The notes: generated by a model from the letters alone, not told the origin. Positions 1 through 13,251 are shown, counted from the first letter of the stretch. The stretch is DNA of 64,000 nt from Eledone cirrhosa (GCA_964016885.1 OZ024746.1:81282001-81346000); one strand, 5' to 3'. Numbers and translations are program-made.

Positions 1-2567
1 TGACCCTAATTACATAAGTCACCAATAAAGGTAATGGTTTCTAGTAGATTGACAACAACAGAATCACTAAAGCAGTTAGTTATACATTGTTATTTTTCTT
101 TTTTTTATTTCTTTTTTTTTTTTCATGTGTAAAAAATTTCATTACAAAAATATGTTGCACAGACTCTCGCTTCCTCTACAGAGGAAAGAAACCTCTTTAT
201 AATACAGCAGTCCTTAGTCAAGTCTGTGAGCTTTTTCTATGTCATTGTAAGAAGAGGAAAAAATCCACACACACAATTGCCACCACAAATAAAAAAAAAA
301 AAAAAATTATAATAATGAAGGTGGAAGTGTAGAGTTTAAATGTGAGCTGTGACAAACTTGATAATTACATATGTCTATCTGCATTCATAAAAGCACATAG
401 GTTTTTTTTTAATATATAGATGTAGTGAAAAAAAGTATACATTTGAATAAGTGCTCCAAAAAGATGGAGAAATTTGCTTTACATCCACCCACAAACATGT
501 TATATATAAGTTCATGGGTATGTATATCCTATGTGTGTATCTTATATAAATGTGTGTTTTACAGAAATTTAAACCCATCTCAAGAGTTCACAGCATATAG
601 TTAGTTTTTATTTGAAAAAAAAACAACATTTTTTCTTCTTTTCATTTTCAAATCCTAGACATTGTTCTAGCAATTAATTAATTTTCTATGTGTAGAAGTT
701 GTGAAAGAAAACATTCTGTTGTGCTGTTAAGTTTTTCATTCTGCAACTTATCTATGGCACTATATGTTGTCTAAGTGACAGCAAAATGGACATTCTGGAA
801 TGTTTCTTTCATAAGGGCAGATTCAGTAACAAATAACTATAAAATAGTTGGAGACAGTTGATTTTCTTTGTACGAAAATAAAGTAGTTTTTTTTTAGTAC
901 CTTTTTTGTATTTTAAAATCTTAACTTCAACTTTTTAGAGCAATGGCTTCTTTGTGGAATTCTTCTTTATTATTTTTTTTTACTTATTTATATACAAGTA
1001 TATAGTTTTTTTTTATTTTTGGATACATATATATATATATATATATATGCATATATATATATATATATATGCTACCTCTTTTTATTTTTTTTTCTGAAAA
1101 TTTTCAATTTTTTTTTTAGGCATCTGGCATTTTATTTGGAGGGGAGGGAGTGGGTTTTATATGTGTTTTGGGCTTTGACATTTTGTTCAGGGTTAATTTT
1201 GTAATACTTATTACAAAAATTTATAACAATAATAATTCTCAATTCCATTTATGGAATTTTATATTCATTCTTTTTCTCTTTCTTTCTTAAACTTAAAACT
1301 TACTGATGGATATAAATTATGGATTTGTTGAATAAGTGATAGAATTGTTAAATTTGTGGGGGAAATGGTAAAAGTAATTTACTGAAAGCGAGTGGAGTTT
1401 TACTGTGAAAAGTAGGATGACTACATGTTTAAAGAAAATGTTTAATGATAAATAGTTACCAGACACTGGTTTGGAATAGATAATTATTAGCAATGATTTG
1501 TCTTATTTAGAATATATATACATGTATTAGAAATGACCTGTTCCTAGTGCATATCTTTAAACCAGCATGTAATATTTCAACTAATTACTGCCGTTGTCAG
1601 TTTGTTCTTAAATTTATATCACTTTTCACAGTTTGATTTCTATTGTTAGTTAAAAATATGATAGAGTATAATTTCATTAGAAAAAATAATGAATCATTTT
1701 AGGTTTCATTGAAGAAACAGCACCAGAATTTTTATATAGAAAAACTGGAGATATGAGATTCATCTAGATTATTTTTAAAATGGTTAAAATTTTAAAAGCT
1801 GAGGAAATCGAATCAACTAAGGTAATAATTGCTCACAATGCTGAACTGGGCATTGTTTAATTTCAAAGGTAATTTCAAGGTTATGTATCAAAAGAACAAG
1901 TTGTATAATGGGGTAGAGAAATGTTCAGTAAGAAGACATAGTGAAATTACTTAAGGCAGTTAACTTCAGTGAGTACTAAGGCATTCAATGTTTGTTAAAT
2001 AAATTAAAATTCATCACCACTTGATCAGAAATATAAATATATTTGAAAGGATATGAAGATAAATTGATATCATCAAAATCTGAAAATTAATACATGGTTT
2101 AAAAAAAACCAACAAAAAACCATGCTGAGTAGAGAACTGTGTATAAAACAAGAATCAAGGTTGTCATGGGTAAAATAAACCCCCCACCCAGAGACCTAAA
2201 GTAGCTTATTAAAATTTTTATAAAAATTTGAAAAAACTCGGCCATGTAGAATATATGTTATTTATGAGAAAGATTTCAGATCTTAATGAAACCACCAAAT
2301 ATTGAAATGATTCAATTCTTATATTCAGTTTTAGTTTCTTTTTGTTTTTTTTATAAAGATTATTTACAATTCATTTGTTTTTCTATATTTCATTAAAAAA
2401 AATTTGTTTCCTCCTAACTGTCATTTGCTTACCGAGTTATTTAGTATCTAGTTGCTTTTAAAATATTGCAGGCTGTGACCATGATGGAGCACTGCAATTA
2501 GTTAAAAGACACTTTTCATAGCATTTACTGCCTTGGTCTCTATAATTAAAAATTTAGGAGAGCATGA

Positions 2568-2604
<37 letters not shown>

Positions 2605-2660
2605 AACATGATGCATGCTTTGAAAAAACTCTTCTTATAGTGAAAAGGCTATACACAAAC

Positions 2661-2712
<52 letters not shown>

Positions 2713-3248
2713 CATATATATATAGACTCGTAGAAGCTGTAGATAATGAGATAAAATTGTTTCACCATAACCACCCTTCATGTTTTCCTTCCACACAGTA
2801 GAAGAGTCAAGAGCAACATAGCATTAAATGATAACTGTCTAGAAATCATATATAAAATAGTTATCTTTATATTTTTGTATCCTTTTTTTTTGTACTTTGG
2901 TAAAAAATAAAATTAGAATATATTTTTACATTTTAGTATAAAATGTATGAGCTATGTATGTAAGCATATGTATGTGTATACATATATATATATGCGTATA
3001 TTCACATACACACAGTTGCATACATAGGTGTATTTTTTATATATATACACTTATCCCTATTTTTTTATTGTTTATTTTTATTAGTTTTTTTGTTTGTTTT
3101 AAATTTCAGTATAGAAGGTTATTAATCCATTATAAGAGTTTCAGAAAAGCCTACAGTGATTTAAAAGACTGACCAAATTCAAAAACTCATGCACGCAGAC
3201 ACTTGATCTAAAGACTCAAAAGTACTTATCATAGAAATTGACACCAAT

Positions 3249-3285
<37 letters not shown>

Positions 3286-3649
3286 GGGTGTGTGATTATG
3301 ATTAGTTTTCTTGCTTTGAACATGGTGCATGAAAAGATAATTTGAGTACTAATAGAATATACATGTCTAATATTTAATATTTATCAACATAACTAAATGA
3401 CAGTTGTTTATAACGAATAGGAAGACTGATTTTATATATATATATATAGATATTATATATATATATATATATATCACTGGTTTGGTTTCATTAAATGCTG
3501 CTTTAGTATTTTTCTTTTTTACTATTTTGTTGAGTATGTGTACTGTTTGTTTTCTTTTTCATTTTTTTTTTTAATTTTTTTTTTAGGTTTTCATTGCTTG
3601 AATCATTTAATCATTAGATATATCAACTTTTCCAACACCATTTTTCACA

Positions 3650-3750
3650 TACTTACTGTCAGGGTAAATAGATAGTTATAATAATAGAAAAAAATGATGG
3701 GGATAAAAATGAACAAGAAATTTTCACTATTTCTAGCTTTTCCCTGAAAT

Positions 3751-3812
<62 letters not shown>

Positions 3813-4326
3813 GTGAAATACACATAATTTGGTTTTGTTTTGTATATAACACAATATATTATTTTAGATTACCACAGATGGATAATTAACCATGAGCTGT
3901 AATAGAGAGCTAATACTCTTCTCTATTGACAACCAAACATATGAGTCTATAGAAATGTGTCTTGATGCATCTCTGCTTGAATATATATACAGATACCATC
4001 ATATAATATGTTATGTGTCCTTTGTGTCTTTCTCATGTCTGTGTATGTGTCTGTATAAAGTTATGCTTCTCTAGATAAATTGTATACTGTAGTGCTTAGT
4101 TCAGTTATAATGTCCCCCTTTACATCCAAATTTGAGTCAGTTAAAAATAATAATTCCTTTGTTTTTTGCCATTTATACCCAGTGGCTCTATTTGGCGTGG
4201 CAGTCTTCCATACTCTGCCAAATCCAAGAGTTCTGTGTTTTATATATACACACATATATGTATATATATGTTTATATATTTATGTTTGATAGCGGTACTG
4301 CCACCGTTTTCTGGTTCCTTTTTTCT
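3650..4326 (-). other. Probable proximal 3' UTR of YAP (3' end not determined)
   Basis: Lies directly downstream of the stop codon, with no recognisable TE. The lower boundary is a guess from a change in strand composition. Confidence 0.5.
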
Positions 4327-4407
4327 TCACAACCATAACAGCCCATCTACTTTAGAATTATTCAATACAGTTTCAACATCATTTAACAGTTCAGTTGTGA
4401 TATCTTC
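4327..4407 (-). CDS. YAP1: YAP/Yorkie terminal coding exon with stop codon
   Basis: A poly-T tract precedes gcattgcag|GAA GAT...TGG TTG TGA. EDITTELLNDVETVLNNSKVDGLLWL* resembles YAP EALSSDILNDMESVL...FLTWL*. Confidence 0.96.
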   Translation of the reverse strand, partial: EDITTELLNDVETVLNNSKVDGLLWL

Positions 4408-4663
4408 CTGCAATGCAAAAAAAAAAAAAAAAAAAAAAAAGTTAAAAAGTATTGAAATAATTTAAAATCTAAAATGGTCTGTGTTGTATTTTTGTCAAGA
4501 GAATTACATATAAATTTTTAATTATAGACCACAGTCAAATCAGAATTGACAATTTGCCAGTACAAATTATTCAATGTAACAGTTTCTGATAGGGCAGTTA
4601 ATCTCCATATGTGCACTCCTATAAAGCATACCACATCAGCTGTTAATTTCTTTAGTTGTACAG

Positions 4664-4699
<36 letters not shown>

Positions 4700-4700
<1 letters not shown>

Positions 4701-5000
4701 TAGTTATGAATGACCATGGTATCACACCTAGAAAGTTCTCTGAGGCACAAGCCTGGGCAAGGTGTGTTTGTGGAAGACTGGCAATTACCAAAGCATGCCA
4801 TTTTCCCATTGATGTTGTCCAAGGGAATCGCAATGGCCGATATAACTTGGCACCAATGAGGTCATTTCTACAGCTGAGTGAACTGGAGCAACATGAAGTA
4901 AAATGTTTTCCCCAAGAACACAACATACCATCTGTCTCAGGATTTTAACTCACAACCTCACGATTGTGAGCTCAGTGCTCTAACCATTAAGCCATACACC
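4700..5000 (-). mobile_element. Degenerate tRNA-derived SINE (CORE/V-like central domain)
   Basis: Contains cagctgagtgaactggagcaacatgaagtaaaatg...aactcacaacctcacgattgtgagc...ctaaccattaagcc, the reverse complement of a tRNA-like head plus a core shared with 15410-15545. Confidence 0.7.
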
Positions 5001-5819
5001 CCCACACATACACACACACACACATTATATATATATATATAGATATATAAAATGTGTGTATGTGTACAATAAAACAACCACCTGTTGTTTAACAAGTTTT
5101 AATTGTCAAAGTGTTTATTTTTGTTGATGGTGTTATGTCTTACGCCTGTATAGTTTAAGCCAGCAATTCTTCTAATCCAACATCCTGGACTTGTACTTTA
5201 TTTATAGATCTTGAATGGATGACAGACAAATCTGACCTCAGCAGAATTTGAACTCACCATATAGAGAGTTGGAACAAATACCACAAGGCATTTCATCCTA
5301 TGCTCTAACAATTTACCCAAATCACTGTTCTGGGGTTTGTAAGCCTGTTATACATCCTTACATGCATGCGTGCACACATACACATACATATATATTTACA
5401 GGATTTCATTGCCAGTTGCTGCACAATGCCATATTAACACCATTTATAAAAAATGCCAGAAGTAACATGATGTCCCTCATAAACACTATGTCTTACAGCA
5501 TAGCAGCTTCATGAATGTCAGCCCCATATATACCACAGTTTAAAATAAAATATGGGTTGGCATCAGGAAGGGTATCCAATCATTCTCTAATAAGATATTT
5601 ATGACCAACAAATTCCAAACAAACTGATTAGAACTCAAACTTAAAGAGAAAACCAGACAATGAGGTGGAAAATATTCATACACACCACTTTCTATCTTTA
5701 TCAACTTTCTTGAACAACTTTGAGAATGCACATCTACACAATATGTTGGAATATATGCACAGCTTATTTCAGTCTTGATAAGTTCATTGTGGAAATGGAC
5801 AAGCCTGTGACAACCTTTC

Positions 5820-6180
5820 TCATTATAGTGCCACAATAAAATGCATACCTGTATTGGAGTCACAAAAAACATACCTAACACACCATGTAAAGTGGTTGGT
5901 GCTAGGAAGTGCATCCAGCCAAAGAGTTCAGCCCACACTATAATGTGGTTATGTAGGTGTCATGACAAAAAGCGCCCAGTCCACACTGTAAAGTGGTCAT
6001 GTAAGTGTCATGACAAAAAGCACCCAGCACACACTGCAAATGTGGTTGGCATTAAAAAGGGCATCCAGTCGTAGAAACCAAGCCAAAATCAGTTCTGTGT
6101 GAATGAAACACAGGCCTCCCACCTGATCTCTCACAAAGGGACAGCCTGTCCTCATGCTAACAGGGAAAATGGATATCGTG
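5820..6180 (+). mobile_element. RTE-LINE/SINE-type 3' region with internal ~45-bp tandem repeats
   Basis: Repeated aaaaagcacccagcacacactgtaaagtgg units, then gggcatccagtcgtagaaacc, as seen at 16230-16460 and 44240-44460. Confidence 0.7.
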
Positions 6181-6279
6181 ATTTTCCATTTTCCATTGTG
6201 GCACGGTTGGATGCAACAAAATTTAATAAATATAAATTTGGAAATCCTAAAAAATATAAAAATGTAAAATTTAACTTAC

Positions 6280-6389
6280 TTGTAAACTTGGAACTAAATC
6301 ATCGCTATCCATATTTGTGTTTTCTCCACTGTCTCCAACATTCCCAATGTCCATGTTGCCAAAGTCCCCTGGACTTTGCATTTTGTGCC
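6280..6389 (-). CDS. YAP1: YAP/Yorkie penultimate coding exon (activation domain)
   Basis: caaattag|GG CAC AAA...AGT TTA CAA|gtaagt. HKMQSPGDFGNMDIGNVGDSGENTNMDSDDLVPSLQ resembles YAP NVDLG...EELMPSLQ. 110 nt, phase 1 to 0. Confidence 0.93.
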
Positions 6390-7866
6390 CTAATTTGAAA
6401 TTCACAAAGAAATAACCATTATTTTGTATAGAAAATATGATTGGAATCAATTTTGTTTATTAAAAATTTTATGTATTTTTCATACTGGATTGGATGATAA
6501 ATTATAACCGGCTATTGTCAATAAGCAGCAACCATAGCAACGAAAAAAATGGTAACGAGAGCATTGTAACAAATCTAACAGTAGAATATATTATTTAAGT
6601 AGGATCCTGTGACAATGTTATTGTTTTGTCAGTACAGAGTAATACTGCAGAAACAGTAAGCTAGATCCATCAGATATACCTTCATATTAATTAAAGGAAA
6701 GTTGTGTGTATATAAGGTAGAAAGGCCTCTCAGCATGAAGAGGTTAGGGTTAAGGTTGGGCCCATATATCCCACAAAGACGATTGCAATGTTTTTAATGA
6801 CGTTATGATTAATGATAACATTGTAAAACATGACCATAATTGATCAGAGAGAGAGAGAGAGAGAGAAGCTGAGCCAGAGTGAGAAAGGCATTTTCTAATA
6901 AGACCAAACTGAATATCTAACATGAGATGGAGAAAAGCTATTTTAAATACATCTATCCACACCCTGTCATCAAATAAACACAGCTACTTTTCTTTGGTTA
7001 TATATCTATCTGGCTCCTATATCAAATTAAACTTTCTTATCTTAGTAGTAGTAGCTGTTTCAGTCATAAAGATTAGCATTTCACATCATAGTATCCTGAC
7101 TTGAGGATTATCCCCCTTGCATACATACAAGTATCATGAATATAACAAAATATTAACTGATATATTTTTTCTAGACATAATGCAATTTGGCAAAAGAGAG
7201 GTATTAGTTTATTGAATTGAACCACAATATTGGTAATTTTATCAATACCAGAAAGAATAAATGCACAGTAAAAGTCAGACAAATTAGAATTCAATGATAT
7301 TAAATTCTGTAATGCAATAGATGCCAAATCACAGTCCTTATTTTGTATGTTATACTATGGTCCCATAACTCGTGGCGAAGTTGACGGGAGTACTATAGTA
7401 ATATACAAGTGTATCTCGGGCATTTAAACCTGGCAGAGAACACCCTTCTCTGAGAGAGAGAGACAGATAGAGAGACAAAGAGAAAGAATCGACCCCAGAA
7501 CTGGATTGGTACTTTATTTTATTGACCTCAAAAGGATCACAAAGTTTTGGACTCAGAGAGCAGAGAGCCAGAACGAATACTACTAGACATTCTATCTGAC
7601 CTTCTTATGACTCTGCTTATTTACTCTTATTCTGTATAATAGATACAAACATAGAGATGACTCATTTTGATTTCATCAGTAGAAGTATGAAACATTTAAT
7701 CCAATAAATCTTCTCTAAAGCAAGAAAATCCAAAATATACAGTAATTCCTCTTTGTTTCATCCTCCCAAATGTACAACAAATAAAAGTCGCAAATCATAT
7801 ATAGTAAAATTCTTCTTCAATTTTTTGCATTTCTAAACTGTTATATCCCAACTAATTCATTTACAG

Positions 7867-8397
7867 CAGAAGTTCTCAAACCACCCCACCCCTATTTCCA
7901 GAGAGACCTGCCTATACACAAATTGTAAATAATATATAATAAATAAAATCGTTAATTTATATATAACAAATAATATAATATATACTATGTATAAATAAAT
8001 ATATATTTTTCATTTTACTATATTTATATATAATATGTACAATTTGATATTTTATATACTATTATATCATCTCTACTGCCTCCCACCATCTTCTTATGCC
8101 TCAGCGCCCCCTGGACTTTCTCAACGCTCTCCGCCCCTTCGGAGGGTGGTAGCGCCCACTTTAACCCTTTAGCATTCACATTATTTTATATATACTATTA
8201 TATTTTCATGGTAAAGGCTTTACCTCACATAATTATCTCACATAATATCGAATCTATGTGATTTTGAAAGTATTTATTTTGAGAACAATACCTTAACATC
8301 AGTTTGAGCGACCAGTTACAGCCAGTTTCAACAGAAAGTGGTAGAGAATTCTGGCCAGTTTTGGCCGGTTTGAACACTAAAGGGTTAAGAACCTTTG
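7867..8397. mobile_element. hAT/Charlie-like non-autonomous DNA transposon, interrupted by a piggyBac-like MITE
   Basis: Left end CAGAAGTTCTCAAA; right end after removing the insert is TTTAAGAACCTTTG. The 8-bp flanks ATTTACAG (7859-7866) and ATTTCCAG (8398-8405) match 7/8, the hAT TSD length. Confidence 0.65.
8161..8388 (+). mobile_element. piggyBac-like MITE, family 1, copy A
   Basis: TTAA-CCCTTTAG...CTAAAGGG-TTAA: TTAA duplication with CCC...GGG terminal inverted repeats. A near-identical inverted copy lies at 13806-14032. Confidence 0.85.
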
Positions 8398-8422
8398 ATT
8401 TCCAGCATTATTTATAGAGAGA

Positions 8423-8606
8423 GCGGTGGATTGGCAGTATCGGTAGAGGGTCGGACGCTATGCTTTGCAGCACAGTTACGTCCCTTTACGGACTGAGTTC
8501 AAATCCCGCCAAGGTTAACTTTGCCTTTCATTCTTACGGGGTCGATAAAATAAAGTACCAGTAATACACTGGGATAATTGTTGGCCTTGTGCCAAAAGTA
8601 GAAACA
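8423..8606 (+). mobile_element. tRNA-derived SINE 'family M' (Meta/MESC-like central domain), full length with TSD
   Basis: gcggtggattggcagtatcggtagag (A-box-like), gagttcaaatcccgcc (B-box), then gcctttcattcttacggggtcgataaaataaagtaccagt. A 16-bp TSD ATTATTTATAGAGAGA lies at 8407-8422 and 8607-8622. The domain name is from memory. Confidence 0.9.
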
Positions 8607-10685
8607 ATTATTTATAGAGAGAATAGTTATGAATGCAGTTCTCTGAATTGTTCATTGAAACCCAGGAAGGCAAACATTGGATGAGTTGTGATTTGTTACT
8701 ATTTAGAAATACAGTTCATACACGTATTTTGGAATAGTGTACATTGCCAAGTTATTTTGGTATTACAAGCACTATCAGAGACTACTTCAGTAAAATAATG
8801 AAACTGGGTTAAATGATAAAAAAAAGCTTTCAATAACAAAATTTGTGTTGATCAGTAACTATATATCTCATTGAGGTAGCATGCACTATATTTTTTTTTA
8901 TATAAGATAACAACAGTATACCATCAGCATATCTTTATGTCCACATCTTTAATTGCTTCAATAAACTTCACATATGCCAAAACTTAAATTCAACTCAACA
9001 TTGGCAATTGCATGAAAAGCTAAGTAAAAATGCACAATTTTCACATGAATTAAAAAGAATTAAAAAGTACTAATAAAACTTATTATATAATGGTTTCCAT
9101 TTCATATTAATGGCAACAGTTATTAAATATGAAGAAAAAATATTATACAAACAGATAATAAAAGAATAAATTTATTACAAAGCTATGAACACTTTATTGA
9201 AACTAAAGCAAGTAAATGCTATTCCTTATTGAATAATCAACGCACACAAATATTTTAAGGTATATAAATCTCCAGCCTAGCTTGAACTTCTTAAAATAAA
9301 ACTATTATATGCACATATATAAATATAAACATATATAGGCATATATATATATACATATATATATGCGTGTGTATATATACATATACGTGGTGCTATTAAG
9401 TTAGTCATGGCCTGGGCAAATACTGGCCAAAAGTTATCAAAGTTATATATATATATATGCATATACATAATTTAAAATATGACTGCCCTGTTAAGGGTTG
9501 AGTAACTATTCAAGTGGAGCTACTAATCTTTAAGATGAGCCAGGGCTCTGCCTCTTGCTTACATATGTTCCCAAGCTCTACTCAGGATATCAGGAAAAAC
9601 TAGGCAACATTTTTCCTGATATCATGTTTATGTTAAATTACTCTGTGGAATATTCCTTGGAACTAATGTGCCACACTTGGTGATGCACCTCATATCATCA
9701 AGATATATATTCTATACATTTCCATTGACAACATTCAGTATAACTAACTGGAAAGTTGTCTCTTCCCTTTTGTTATTACAAAATCGTGAAATAGCCTACA
9801 AAAAGTGGTTACTTCTATTTTCTCTCATATATACATATGATAATTACGATGTTATAGATGTAAGAATTACTAGAAAAAAAAAAAAAAAAATGTAACACTA
9901 AAAAAGCTCGGCCATCTAAAATTAAATAAAGCATTTGGCATTAAACCTACTTAATTCATTTGTTCTTTTTTTTAAAGAAAGGAAAATTCCAAAAGGATTG
10001 CTTGCTTAATTCCTAAATTTGAAATGAATGAATTAGACTGACTGCTTCCTCATCTCATTCCATCGAAAGCCATGTTTCAGTTATTTACTGTACAGATCAC
10101 CAAATAAGGTGCTGAAATAGCCTTTAGTTACAACAGAGAACTTATAAAAGAGACTGGTAAATAAAGAAATACTCATAATGGACTAATGCACAAAACTAAG
10201 AGCTGCAAAGATGGAGAGAGGGGTGGAGGCAACATTTATTTACTGTTAGATTAGACTATCATTGTAAGTGAACTTCAAATATGCAGGTAAATACCTCCAC
10301 TTCGATCTGATAAATATTTTCTTTATAGATATGAGTACTGAGTTGTAAAAAAAACTTGCCAAACAAAAGGCCAGGAGGACTCTTCAGTTAGACTCCTTGG
10401 TGTCAGTGATTTGCATTATAAATGCATCCAATATATTCTGTAAAGTGGTTGGTAAAAGAAAGGGCATACCACTATAAAAAACATGCCAAACAAAGGATCT
10501 TTGGCTGTGTTAAAGAGATACAACCTCCTTATTGCTGGTGCCACAATAAAATACACTTAGTAATGTGTAGGATCATATGTAAGATAGCTGTGAGCCACCT
10601 GAGATACTGGCTCTGTCAGAGTACCAACCAGGTGTGCTGCTGACCTGTCCCACCTTGCTAGCAGGAAAAGTAGACATTAAATAAT

Positions 10686-11064
10686 TGTTTCTACTTTTGG
10701 CATAAGGCCAGCAATTACCCAGTAAATTACTGGTACTTTATTTTATCGACCCCATAAGGATGAAAGGCAAAGTCAACCTTGGCAGGATTTGAACTCAGAC
10801 CATAAAGGGATGTAACTATGCTGGAAAGCATGGCGTCCGACCCTCTACCGATACTGCCAATCCACCACCATTAAATAATTGTTTCTACTTTAGGCACAAG
10901 GCCAGCAATTACCCAGTGCATTACTAGTACTTTATTTTATCGACCCCGTAAGGATGAAAGGCAAAGTCAACCTCGGCGGGATTTGAACTCATATCGTAAG
11001 GCGACATAACTATGCTGGAAAGCATGGCGTCCGACCCTCTACCGATACTGCCAATCCACCGCCC
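10686..11064 (-). mobile_element. Two tandem full-length family M SINEs
   Basis: Copies at 10686-10870 and 10880-11064. TTAAATAAT occurs at all three junctions (10677, 10871, 11065). Confidence 0.9.
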
Positions 11065-11732
11065 TTAAATAATGATAATATATCAGTTGAATTATAAGAA
11101 AAAAAAATTCAGTTTAGGTGTGATGAGCAATACATCAGTAAGCTTTACAGTACATATCAGTCACAGCTTAGAATACAGAAAATAAGACACTTGAAAGACC
11201 ATTGTTGATAAAACACAGGACCAAGGATTATGTATATAAGTACTTAGTACAGGCCTCCAAATCACATATATTGGCTGAATGTAGACTTATGATATTAAAC
11301 ATAGCTTGTTGACACTTAAGATAAGTAGATAGATGTGAAGATCTTATAGAAACATAAAAATTCTGAAAGGACAAATAGATATGTGCTATAAACATTTGTT
11401 TCATTAGTGAACTCTACAAAACTAGTAGTAGTAATTTGTGTAGATCAGTATGGCATATATACCAATGCCTTTATAGAAACCAAAATAAAAACAAATGGAA
11501 GAAGAAGGCTTTGTGCAAGTTGGGATGATGTCAATCCTTTAGTGGGTTCTGTTTTCCATTGGATTCAGTTACATACATGCAAGAGACCAAATAACACACT
11601 CATACACACACAAACAGACACACACTTGGATGGTAAAAAATATCATGGTTAAGGAATGCAAACTTTCAAAGTTTTCAAAAGTAAAAATGTGTTCCAAAAT
11701 TTAGGTACAAATTCTCTACAAGTAGTACTTAC

Positions 11733-11813
11733 CCCCATCTTGTGTGTCCATTTCATCTACATTTGACAGGAAATCTTCGGAAGATTTTAAATTATAGTTG
11801 GTCCCCATTCCAC
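11733..11813 (-). CDS. YAP1: YAP/Yorkie exon: conserved tyrosine and EDFLSNVDEMDT
   Basis: attacag|GT GGA ATG...GAT GGG G|gtaagt. GGMGTNYNLKSSEDFLSNVDEMDTQDG(G); EDFLSNVDEMDT matches vertebrate TAZ as I recall it. 81 nt, phase 1-1. Confidence 0.96.
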
Positions 11814-12039
11814 CTGTAATAAATAGAATATATGGCACAATTTTACTCATCACACTCCGAATTTATCAAAAGTTGTTTCTATTTTCCTTTTATTTTCTTA
11901 TAAGAAAACAAGAACTCTATAATAACTACCAAAATATACTTGTTTTAAAGATGTAAAAACCTTTTGCTTTATGCAACAGAAGGTACTATACATAATTAGG
12001 GAAAGGATATAGTCATCGTTATTTTATATCAGCATATGA

Positions 12040-12370
12040 TGTGGGTGAATTTACAGATAGAATATCTAGAAGTATTTGTTCTGACTTTCTGCACACTGAG
12101 TTCAAATCTCACTGAAGTCAATTTTGCTGTTTATCCATCAAGGGCCAGTTTGGAGGTGGTGGATTAACTAAATTGGTAGTGGATAAGATAAAACGTCATT
12201 CTGATATTTGCTCTGGCTTTTTACTATCTGAGTTCAAATCCTGCCAAGGTCAACTTTGCCTTTAATCCTTTCAAAGTCGATAAAATAAAGTACTAGTCAA
12301 GTGCTGGGAGTCGAGGATATTAACTTTCTCTCTTCCCATAAATTGTTGCCATGTACCTAAATTAGAAATC
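12040..12370 (+). mobile_element. Two older family M-like SINE copies
   Basis: ctgagttcaaatc...gtcaa(c/t)tttgc occurs twice, followed by gtcgataaaataaagtactagt. Confidence 0.75.
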
Positions 12371-13251
12371 ATCATTTTTTTCAGTTTCTGAGTTCAAATT
12401 CTCCATTATACTGTATTCTCATTGCTAGTCAGTCAGGTTATTGGAAAGTGCTGACATTGAGTTCAATATAAAACTCCAATGAATTCACAAAACTACTGTC
12501 GCAAGAGTTCATGAAAGTTCTAAACATCCAGTGGAGGTGGCAGAATTTTCATTTTCATATTAGTGGCACTTATTTTGTCAATCCTTAGGAGACAGAATAA
12601 ATTTAACTACAGCACAGTGTAAATTCAAACACTAAAGCAGTGAAAATTGTATGCATAAAAACAAAGATGAACTTTTCAGTATCTATACCAACTATATTTC
12701 TTTATCAAATTGCAGTAAAAAAACAAAACAATTAGAATAAAGAGCGTATGTGTATGTATGTAAGCACATATGCATTTAATCATTCAAAAATAATAAGAAA
12801 AAAAAATGTAACACACACACACACGTATATATCACATCCTACTGCCTTATAAAAAAAATAAAATAAAAAAATCTAAAAAATAAAAAGACAGACATATTGA
12901 ATAGAGTATCTGAAATAAATTATGCCTGAGAAGACATGGTCACGGCTCAAATGCTTTGCTCATAGGTCCACTCTTATCTAGGCTAACAGGTGTTAGTCAC
13001 AAAAACAACTGTTACATTAATAGTATTACTCTTATCTAAAAATATCTGGTCAACATCTGCACACTTTAACTATCTACCAGGCAGGTCTGTGATATTGTTA
13101 TGCCAATGTTGTTGCGTGCATTTTGCATGCTTGTACATAGTGAGAACTACCGATATACTCAGATATAAGCTGACCTCCCCCCTCCCCCACCTATTTTATG
13201 TCTGAGAAATAGGCCAAAATCTAAATCCTGTTTATAAGTCCAGGCAGCTAA

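Noticed and set aside
1-28. Possible end of a plus-strand CDS (DPNYISHQ*)
   Set aside because: Eight codons at the window edge cannot be supported.
9586-9623. 14-bp perfect hairpin, also reading FPDIL on the minus strand like YAP RFPD(Y/F)L
   Set aside because: The frame reaches a stop with no convincing donor, and the hairpin alone is too short to interpret.
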